DNA of 64,000 nt from Paramecium tetraurelia (taxonomy: Eukaryota): positions 186,001-250,000 of the forward strand of contig CT868681.1 of assembly GCA_000165425.1 (NCBI GenBank). Reading direction: 5' to 3'. How positions within the stretch are numbered: the first letter of the stretch is position 1; each line of letters opens with the position of its first letter. The translations under genes were made by a program, and so were the position numbers. Under the pieces are notes generated by a model. The model was not told the DNA's origin. It was given only the letters and a program-made list of their open reading frames with translations, and did no database searches. Shown in pieces: positions 53,620 through 64,000 of this stretch.

Positions 53620-55593
53620 ATGATTTCCATGTTTATTAAGTAGTGTTTAAATAATATGGACATAGTAGTATCACTAGCAATAACCTAGACGATCTCCTAT
53701 CTAAGTCAGATATCACTTTAGACGAAATTCTGGATGCGGAAGTTTTGGATGAAATAAAACACAATGGAGCCCAAAAGTTTGCTATCTTGTAATGATCTAT
53801 CTCTATTGAATTAGCATTATCAAGGATGTCAACAACTACCAAAAAATGATTGAGTATCTCCTTTCAATGGATTCAGACAACCCCAAATTGATAAGGTAAA
53901 AGTCCATCTCAAAATAGACACTAATTTCTCATAAGTGAAATTTTGAGTTACGATATTTCAATTTTAGTTGATTATCTATTCGAACCAGAACCCAACATCC
54001 CAAATTATCAGGTTCAAGAAGAATAACGTCAATAACTTCTCCCTCTTTTATTTCAACCATTCCAAGCAGATTATCTTAATTATACCTAAGTAGGATATCT
54101 GACCAAAATCTTTGAATCCATCATAAGGAAGAGGGGTAACAGCGTATAAATTAGTGAATTCAATCTAGTTATGGAGTTGGTTTGATAATAATTAATGCGT
54201 ATTGGATCAATTGATTAAGCATCTAGATGTCTATCATGTGGCATCAATACTCTCCCACTTAATCACCTCCGAATCCACAAGTCAAGACTTAAAATCTAAT
54301 CAACACACCACCAAAAGAATTCAATTGCTTCTCAGACTTCACAAAATATTGCTCAATAAAGTCCATAATTATGAAATTGTACATAATTGTTCAGAACTAT
54401 TAGTCTAAGTTTGTACTACAACCTAACAGTTTATATAGTATTTTGATCACCCAGAACACTTCTATAAAGCAGCAGTAATCATTGAACTTATAATTAGTGT
54501 GATTCCTAATTTGTTGAGTTTTTGAATATAATTATAGCGCTTTTGTAATGTCAGCCATCAGATGAGGAATATCATCATTCTAAGTATTACTCTATAGCTC
54601 TACATCTACATAGATCATTCTCTAATGAGTACATGAATTTCGGTAAATTAGTGATCAAGTAATCTTAGCTTTTAATTCAACTTTGGGTGAAATCTCAACA
54701 ACACTTGGGCAATTCAAATTAAGTCTTTTGACTATATATCATTTGCTCTTAAAAACAGAAAATTCAAATTTATTAAATTTAATACATCATGTGGAGATCT
54801 ATCAAACCTTGTTCAAATACATTATTAAATTTGAATTTAACAACTAACTTTAAATATAATTCAATGAAATCACTAGATTTATTTTCAAAACTAGATCCTT
54901 AAATTGGATTTAAGATCAAATACAAAAAGATTTATTTGAATTCATTTCCACTCACAACACATAAACCAAATCAATTATAGGAAAAATTAAATATCCTATA
55001 AATAGAGGATATTTTGGAATCTTATCTTAGCTTTCATATGAATTAGAACACATTATTTACGAGTCACCAAATTGGAATTAGTATAAAGAGAATACCTTGC
55101 AATAGCTTAAAAATATTGAGTAAAATTACTATTTCGATTTTAATCCTAAAAGTAACGAGGTTGAATAGATATCAATTAGCATTAAGGAGAATTTGCAAGT
55201 AGATTATTTATTATAATGCCTTAGTAGGTATCTCAGTGTAAGCCTGATTCTATTGAGGTCGAGTTTAACAATAAATAACACAACAGTGATCTTGAGTAAA
55301 TTCTATAAGCCAAAATTAGGATCAGCTTTCCTATAAAAACTTTGCTATCATTTTCAGATATGAGTTCTAAGGGAGTCGCTCTATAAACTGCTTATTATAA
55401 TGGAAGCAATGCAGAACCATCAGATTTAGAATTGGATTCCTTCAATGTAACTGAATTAAAAAAGAAAAAGATCTGCAATTCTTAGAATGAGTATTTGAAA
55501 GAAAGCATTAACTCCAATCCTAAATAATTAAATGAGGATCAGAATGCTACTGATGAAATCGGTATGAATTCAATTCATCAAAAAAAAATTTGA
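53620..55593 (+). CDS. SAPS-domain protein (Sit4/PP6 regulatory subunit-like)
   Basis: N-terminal NLDDLLSKSDITLDEILDAEVLDEIK, LISEILSYDI, LNYTQVGYLTKIF, FEFNNQLQ, NRGYFGIL match SAPS-family pattern. Confidence 0.8.
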
Positions 55594-55697
55594 AAGATTA
55601 ATAAATATACATATTTGTACATATTCAAATTAATTAACTTAATGATCTTTATTAAAAAAAGCATTAATAAATTATTGTTTAAATTTATTAAAAATCG

Positions 55698-56470
55698 ATG
55701 TTTATAGAATCAATTGATCACTCTACTCCAAGAACGATTCAAGAAAATGAAAGTAGAAATAAATCATCCACTTAGTTTCAGAGCCAGAATACGATTAAAA
55801 AGTCAACTATAAACTCGAAGTTAGGAAAGCACATCTTCTCCAGTAGTTCCTGAGATTTTAAGTTGAAAATACTCAAAGGAGCATTGCAAAACTAGAAAAA
55901 AAGCTTTCTAATGATGAGGTAATTGTAGAACTCATATGTTTTTATTTAACTATTTGCTCGTTATTATATATATTTGTTTTAATTTAATTTTATTAGGTAA
56001 AAAATAAACGAATCTCAAGAAAAAATTCAATTACCAAACCTTTCAAATGTTCAAATTGCACCCATACTTATTCTTCAAAGGCAGCTCTAAAGTAGCACCT
56101 TAAACTGAAGCATTATGAAGAACATACTCCTCTAACTCAACCTTTAGATTAATAAAAAGTATTAGTTGAACCATTGTCCTAAATATGAAATTAATTTTGT
56201 TATTTTATATTTTGTATTATAAAAAGATTCACTCCAAAAATCTAAAACATTAGAAACATTAATAAAGAGAAGGCAATATTGCCATTCAAAGAGATCTACA
56301 AAGAACCATCATAAAGGAACGTAAGTTATTTGATAAATCTATGTATAATTTTGATTAAGAATCAAAGTAATTCTGTTCAAGTTCTCTTACTGTTATAAGA
56401 GGTAGCGTTAATTCAAATTGATTATTTTGTAATAGGGTTTTAAATGTTTCACAAAAGTATTAAAGCTGAC
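55698..56470 (+). pseudogene. Low-complexity coding-like region with frame disruptions
   Basis: Starts MFIESIDHSTPRTIQENE but meets TGA in each frame; intron-like segments follow. Confidence 0.3.
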
Positions 56471-57077
56471 TAATTTATAATTAATTAAAATAATGTGCTT
56501 TCTAATTTGTTATATCAGTTAACTAATATGTTTGTTGTTTTTAATATTAATAAGTATATCATTCTACTAAATATTTGAAATATTAAGTGTAAAAGCCCAC
56601 GTTGTAAAAATAATAGTAAAAATTAAGTAATAATATGAATCTATTTAATTCTTTGAAATAAGATATGAATTCAAAAATGTATAAAAAGTGAATTTAATTG
56701 TTCTCTTAAAAGAATAATTTACAAGTTAGTCTACTTGATTTTTAATAAGTAAGTTAGAATTAATCATTTCGTTATAGGTTTTGAAAAAAGTTTAAATAGT
56801 TCTTATAGATCTGAAATTGGTTGAACAGCTGGAAACTAAAAGAAATATTGTCTATATGAAAGGGCGATGATTTAAGTCCCAAGCTTCCATATATATATCT
56901 GTGATTGTTATTTTAGATCAAGAAGTTAAGGGAATAAAATTTTTGGATTCAAAGATAGAAGTGGATACAGATAGTTTTAGTTTTTGATTTAGTAGTATTT
57001 AAGTTGTTTGAGCTTTAGGTGTGTTGTTTATAAGTATTAAGCATTTATTATAATACATAATTTTAAATTAATTCACA

Positions 57078-60000
57078 ATGTTACCGGAGAGTGCTAAAAT
57101 AAAGCTTGCCAGTCGTTTGTTTGATAGAGGGAAGCCTACTTAGAGCAATAATAATAACGAGAGGCCATTGACTTCGAAGATTGCGATCAGGGCATAGCTG
57201 AATCAGACGATGACCAAGATTGAGAAGGTTCCCGATAAATTGCCTGCGATTCGCGAGGAACGCAGTTATTCACATCAAAAGTCAGGAGGAGCAGGTCTGA
57301 ATCAAACTCGAGGGAAATCATAGAACAGTAATATTGATTAGATTGAATTTAGACAATGACTCATTCCCAAAGCATAATAAAACTTTTGATTTAACAAATG
57401 ATATATTCTTAGATGAGAGACGATTATTAAAGTCTCGTCAGGTTCATGAGTTGATGGATCGCATGATTGGAAGAGCGAAACCTCCAAGTCCACCAAAGGA
57501 AGTTTAGAAGGTCGTCTAGGTGTTGCCAAGTAACATCTTAGATAATACTCGCATGACTATGACAAGGGATAACAGGACAGCACCAAGGAAGACCATTCGA
57601 GCATAACAAATGAGGAAAGAGATTTTGAATAAAACCTCCATGTCTTAGGTTTCAGATAGTTCGGAAGATTCAAGTGAAGAGAATGGCAATTTCGGGTTGA
57701 AAGATGTAGATGCATTCATTCAGATGATTAAGGAACACAAATTAAGTTAACAGGAATTCATGTATCTGATCAAAAGGAAGAAACATTCAAATGATGCTTA
57801 CAATATGAGGATAGTCAACTATCCCTATATTCAAAAGCATTAGCTCAATAATTTCTATACTCTCTCAGCCAAGGGATTGACTAGATACGAGAATAACATT
57901 ACAATTGAGTTTGTTTCATTAAAACACCTGGTTAGAAGAAAGGGATTAATTTAATGCAATTAAATCATTAAGTTTTTTTAAGAAATTCCGTAAGTGGAAG
58001 ACTCTCAAGAAATGGTAAAAGATATTACATTAACATCGAACTTCTATTGTGTAAGCCTAACTTTGTGAGAAGATGTTGATTTTGAATCCAATTTATTAAA
58101 AATTAATAGTTTCACATAGAAGTTTATGTTACGACATAGAAGCACTTAGAATAGTCGACATAGAAAAGATAGAAGAAGAATTGACTGACAAAAAAGATTA
58201 GTATTTGAGTTTGCAAGAGTTTAGTCTATTACAGTAGAAGTAGAGGAATAAATTAGTGGAGAAGATCTAGATTCAATCAAGGAAGATGAAAGAAAATTGT
58301 TTATCAGGACTTAAAACTGTTATTGATAAATTGAGAACACAAATTAATTAAGAGAAACAGTCAGATGATGATCAGGTGCCTTTGAAAATAGAGAAGAATA
58401 TGTCTCAATCTAGGTAAATTGATAAGAAGTAATAAATTATCGAAACTTTTGGATTTCCTGAAAGAATGGATTATGGTCACAGAGCATTAATGAGAACAGA
58501 GTTCATTAAGTTTTTAAGATTAGCTTATCTATTAGATTTCATTGCTGTTTAATCGTTAGGATAAATTTACATTAAATCAGCAACAGAATTTGTGGATAAA
58601 TTGATTAAAGTTCAATAATGCAGTAAAAATAACAGAAAACTGCCTAAATTGACAGAAAATGAAGAAGAAAAAAAGGATTTTCAAGATTATGATCCCATTT
58701 TCACTATTGAATTAAGATTTAATCCAATTTATGGACATCTTGATATCGAAAGGTTGTAAGTGCCTTGGGATACTTTAAATGAAAATTTGTTGGATTTTGA
58801 TTTGTAAGAGTGTATTAGATTGAAAGAAGAGAAGGTACAAACGATTGAGAAGGTAGAGAAGAAACAGTAAAATACTCAAAATGCAAATTAATAGTAACCT
58901 ATAGAACCATAGGAAGAGTTGATTGAAGATCCTGAATTTGTATGTAAAAGAGAGGTTTAAAACCTGTATGAAACACAATTGGAAGTACATCCATCTAAAA
59001 GAGACTTCCTGAGTCGAATTTAAGAGGCATTCTGTGATGGATTAGATTAGATATAAGTGATTGAAAGATGGAGCAAACATCCTGATTTCTTATAATATGT
59101 TTAAGCCTTAGAAGAATGGGATGAAATTATTGGAGATAAGTGGACTTAACCTGATTCCATTAATCTGAATCCTTCATATTGGATTAAAGAACACCCTATG
59201 AACAATATATTCATGCATGAGATTTCTTAGGAATTGGATTAAGCATTTTCAAAATTAGAATTCTTCTAAAAGGAATTCAACGAGTACTTGAATTTGATTT
59301 GGAGACAAGAAAACAGTGAAATTGAATAATTAGAAAATCCAAGGCTGATGTATCAATCAAAGATATTTTCATGTGCTTTGAAGAGTGCTCAATTGATTGA
59401 CCATATACTGCAATAGAAATTGATACCGTAGGTGGATATTGGTTTGTACAGAGTCAAGATATAGAATATTTAGAAGTAATTGAGTGCTAGACAATCATAA
59501 ATACTAGCATAATTGGAGGAACTTTACTTATAATTGTTTAGGAATAGATCTTTGATATTGAAGGCATGGTTATAATAATCAATAAAATCCTTATCAGGTA
59601 TGGTTATCAGAATTGAAGAATTTATTGAATAGAAGAACTCTGTAGATCGAATAACAAAGGAATTGCCTTCAAAGAGAGAGGAAATTGAAACGGCTATCAG
59701 TATAATCTCATTGGCTTAGGATTGTAAGTTATTTTCGATGAAGAAAGAAGATAAGGATTTAGCACAAGAATTGAATTATTTAGAATCTTCTTTGAATGTT
59801 GCATTGTCAGAAGCTGACAATAATACAGCCAAAAACATAGAGAAGTTTAAAAAAACATTGAAAGAACGCATAGACAAGTTAAAAGGCGAATGTTTGGATG
59901 TGAGTGAAGCAGTGAACAAGGAGAAGTTTTTGACATTGAACACAGATTTATCAGATGCCATTAAGGAGTTAAATGAAATAGATACGAAAACAAAATAGTT

Positions 60001-63000
60001 GGAATAGAGTGCTTAATTATATACTCAATATGAAGAAATCCTGTAATGTTAAGAACAAGCTCAATATGAAATATTGGAAAATACTAGAGAATAATTAAAT
60101 TTGAGACTAGGAATGTGGTAGGGGATTCAAGAGTTTAGAAAATTATCATAGGAGTGGCAGCAACTATAATTCACATCTATTAATGCTAAGGAGATCGCTT
60201 AGAAGACTGAAGGATTCGTTAGGATTGTACAAAGATGCGAAAAGAATTTGTAAGAAAATAGAGTGATTGCCTATTTGAAGAAGATAGTGTGGGAATTCAA
60301 AGATACTATTCCTGTTGTGACAGCATTACGTTCTCAATATTTACAATAAACACATTGGCAAGAAATCAAACAATTGGTCAGATAGGAATTTGATGTTAAT
60401 GATCAATAATTTACATTGAATACTTTGTTGGATCTGAATGTAGCATAACACAATGAGTAGATCACTGAGATAGCTGTGAAAGCAGCTTAAGAGGATTCGC
60501 TTAACACTTAATTAAAACAGTTGGAGACACAATGGAATGAAGTGGAATTGAAGTTGAAACCCTATAAAGATCAATTGGATGTTATGGTTTTGGGAGAAGT
60601 GGAAGAGTTAGTTCAATTGTTTGATGAAGGACTGGCAAACATGTCTAATATACTGGCTAGTCGTTATGTTAGACCTTTGAGACAGAGAGCTGAGAAATTC
60701 TAATCTGATTTATTATTGTTATCAGATATTATTGAGAAGTGGGTTGAATGTTAAAAAAAGTGGATGTATTTGGAGAGTATTTTTAGTAGTTAAGATATCA
60801 AGAAATAACTATCTAATGAATCTTAGTTATTTGATAGTTGTGATAGATTGATAAAGAAGTTAGTCAAACAAGTCAATCTTAGACCTTAGATAATGAGATT
60901 GTTAGCTATGTAGAATATGCTCGATAATTTAACTAAAACATTGGAGACTTTGGAATAAATAGAGAAGTCTTTAGAAGATTATCTAGAAGTCAAGAGGGGA
61001 TCATTCCCACGATTCTACTTTTTGTCTAATGATGAATTATTAGAAATTCTATCTAAGCAAACTGACATTAATTCAGTTCAATCTCATTTAGGATAATGCT
61101 TTGAAGCATTGGTCAAATTATACTTTGGTGATTAACCAAATGTTATTTAGGGCATTTATTCTTCAGAGGGTGAGTTAGTCCAATATTATAAATCAATACC
61201 TGCCAGAGGGAATGTTGAGACTTGGTTGCACTTGTTGGAATTGGAAATGGTTGAGACTTTACGTAAATTATGTAAGTAAGGATTACAAGACTATTTGAAT
61301 GGAATGCAAAAGACTAAGACAGATTGGATTCTTAATCATAAATCATAGATTGTGGCAGTTGTTAGTTAAATACTTTGGTCAATCAACACTGAAGATGCAA
61401 TCAATGAATCTAGTGTAAAAGCAAATGCACTTTACGAATGGCATGATATGATGGAAATACAATTAAAATAACTCACAGCATTGGTCAGAGGAGATTTGAC
61501 AGTTGTTTAAAGAAAAACTATAGTTTCATTAATTACTACAGATGTTCATAATAGAGATATAGTTATGAAGTTAGCTGATAATAGTATTGAAACAACATCA
61601 GATTTCTAATGGTAATAATAATTAAGATACTATTGGGATGAGGAATGCGATGATTGCTTAGTTAAGTAAGTCACAAGCGTATTTCATTATGGATATGAAT
61701 ATTTGGGACCAACAAGTAGATTGGTTATCACACCACTCACAGATCGTTGTTGGATTACAATTACATCAGCATTGACCAATCAATTAGGGGCAGCTCCTGC
61801 AGGTCCCGCAGGTACAGGTAAGACTGAATCCACAAAAGACTTAGCCAAATGTTTGGGAAGATATTGCATAGTGTTTAACTGCTCAGATTAAATTACTGCT
61901 GCCACGATGAATAAGTTATTCAGTGGTTTAGCTTAATAAGGAGCATGGGCTTGTTTAGATGAATTCAATAGAATAGACATTGAAGTACTTTCAGTTATAG
62001 CATAATAATTATTGACGATTCGTATTGCTTAATTGTAATAATTGACTGAATTTTTGTTTGATGGTCGACACATCTAATTAAAGAATACTTATGGAGTATT
62101 CATCACTATGAATCCAGGATATGCAGGAAGAACGGAATTACCAGACAATTTGAAATCACTCTTCCGTCCTGTGGCTATGATGATTCCAGATTATAGGTTG
62201 ATTGCTGAAATTATGTTATTTGCTGAAGGGTTTGAAAATGCAAATGATTTATCAAGCAAGATGGTTCAGCTATATAAATTGTCATCACAATAATTGTCAT
62301 AGTAGGATCATTATGATTTTGGTATGAGAGCAGTCAAATCCTTATTAGTCATGGCTGGTTCATTAAAGAGAGCAGATACAACTATCCCTGAAGATATTGT
62401 GTTAATTAAGGCTATGCGTGATGCAAATATACCAAAGTTTTTAAAGGATGATATTCCATTATTCATGGCTCTGATTTAAGATCTATTCCCTAAAGTTGAG
62501 ATAGCCAATTCATCCTTCCAATTCCTGGAGTAATAGTTGAATAAGAAATGTCGATAATTTAAATTGTAAATCATACCAAATTTTATAACGAAAATGTTGC
62601 AGTTGTTTGATACTCAAAATGTTAGATTTGGAACTATGATTGTTGGAGGCAGTGGATCTGGCAAAACTAACTGTTATCAAATATTGGCTGAAACAATAAG
62701 CGAAATAAAAGTCTAGAATTTATCATAGGATCCTAGATTCTAAGAATTACAATTTATTATTTTAAATCCTAAGTCAATTTCAATGGGGGAACTTTATGGA
62801 GAGGTCGATCCTTTTACAAATGAATGGCAAGATGGTTTAGCAAGTTCCATAATCAGAGAGTGCAATAACAGCAAGGAGAGACATTGGATTGTTTTTGATG
62901 GACCTGTTGATGCATTGTGGATTGAGAATATGAATTCAGTCTTAGATGATTCAATGACTTTGTGTTTGGCCAATTCAGAAAGAATCAAGTTGAGACATGA

Positions 63001-64000
63001 GTTGCGAATGATATTCGAAGTTCAGGACTTGTCAGTTGCCTCACCAGCCACTGTGAGTAGATGCGGTATGGTCTACATGACAGTTTAAGATATCAATTGG
63101 TACAATTACGTGGAATGTTGGATTGAGGAGGTTTTCTCGGATCAAGAGAAGGGTTAGATCAAATGTTGCAATCAACTTAAAGAAAAGCCCAAGAAATCAT
63201 TACAAATAGAACAAAAATATTTAGATTTGATAAGAAATTTATTTAAGACTCAATATAAGTTTTTGTAAGAAAAACTTGGAAACCTTGATGAACCTTTTAT
63301 TACAATAGATGTATAGAGAGTGAAGAGCGTTTGCAACATATTAACTTACTTTTTGAAGTCCATCCTAGTTTAGAAATCTGCTGACTTGCCAAAACAAATT
63401 ACAGCTGTGTTCGCTTACAGTTGCATTTGGGGGTTGTGTGCATCATATGAACAGAAATATTATGACAAGGTACATTATTTTTTATATCATCTCAAAAATT
63501 TTAAATTTGCAGTGAATTTAGCCCCGATCTGTTTGAGTTTATAAATAGATGGGATAAGGTACCTGCAGAAATTAAATCCTAGAGGTAATTAAATGAAGTT
63601 TTGCAGATTTGAACTTTGTTTAAATTACTATTAGGAACATCCTATTACTTTAAATGCACCATATATACTTATATTATTATTTGCTATTAATTATTATTTT
63701 AGATTGCCACCTATGTCAAAGACCAATTTCAATCATTGCTCTACCCGAAAGGAGATACCATATTTGATTTCTACGTTGATGGCAATGACTTCACCACATT
63801 ATAATCGTGGGAATCTCAGTTATAAGAGTTCTAATTTGTAAAAGATCAATCGTTTTTCAGTATAGTTGTTCAAACTGTAGACACTTTGAAATTCCAATAC
63901 ATAATGCAATTGTTAATTAGAGAATAAATACCAACCTTAATCACTGGATAGACTGGAGTTGGTAAGTCTATGTTAGTTTAATCATTGTTATTTGAAATGA
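57078..64000 (+). CDS. Axonemal inner-arm dynein heavy chain (single-headed, DNAH6-like), 3'-truncated by window edge
   Basis: [26 protein letters not shown]1 [46 protein letters not shown]2 [30 protein letters not shown]3 GQTGVGKS; 25-nt intron near 57328, +1 indel at 57921-57924, 233-nt intron at 63470-63702. Confidence 0.96.
63470..63702 (+). other. Unusually long (233 nt) GT-AG intron in the dynein gene
   Basis: Removing GTACATT...TATTTTAG joins [18 protein letters not shown] to [25 protein letters not shown] in frame. Confidence 0.9.
63507..63642 (+). ncRNA. Intronic box H/ACA sno/scaRNA candidate (~136 nt)
   Basis: Hairpin 1 (TGCAG/CTGCA base, internal pocket, CCC/GGG and ATCTGTTT/AAATAGAT upper stem), H box AAATTA at 63569-63574, hairpin 2 (TCCTA/TAGGA, GTAATT/AATTAC, AAGTT/AACTT), ACA at 63637-63639. 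Confidence 0.8.

Noticed and set aside
55911..55996. ATGATGA C-box next to a ~78-nt intron-like segment
   Set aside because: No CTGA D box at a suitable distance and the host gene model is unresolved.
56860..56970. Possible snRNA or C/D snoRNA (GATGAT and Sm-like AATTTTTGG)
   Set aside because: No matching D box, terminal stem or convincing flanking hairpins; such motifs are common in AT-rich DNA.
63470..63702. Retained germline IES as the explanation for the dynein insert
   Set aside because: Clean in-frame GT...AG boundaries and an internal H/ACA fold explain it better; no convincing TAYAG-type inverted ends were seen, though read data are needed to exclude it fully.

Overview
AT-rich, very gene-dense eukaryotic DNA that reads cleanly only with the ciliate genetic code (TAA/TAG=Gln, TGA the sole stop) and has ~20-30 nt GT-AG introns, i.e. 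a Paramecium-type macronuclear chromosome segment; the supplied standard-code ORF track is therefore fragmented and largely misleading. Hand translation gives ~30 protein genes (NAP1, SCOT, class I-type PI3K, AGC and Aurora-like kinases, chitin synthase, TLDc protein, HMG-box protein, eIF1A, a three-member Cys-rich 4-TM family, a giant LRR-TM protein, TyrRS, TFIIH p44/Ssl1, cNMP-binding protein, epiplasmin, CDGSH Fe-S protein, SAPS/PP6R, and the 5' part of an inner-arm dynein heavy chain) plus tRNA-Ile(AAT). Highlights: a 233-nt intron in the dynein gene (about ten times normal size) holding a well-formed box H/ACA RNA; a stand-alone protein resembling only the C-terminal part of Pol5/MYBBP1A; a CDGSH protein whose first motif has Cys in place of the ligand His; a candidate Ig-fold transcription factor; and recurrent +1 frameshifts at homopolymers (probably assembly errors). 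All calls are from motif recognition by eye, with no database search; boundaries may be off by a few bases.
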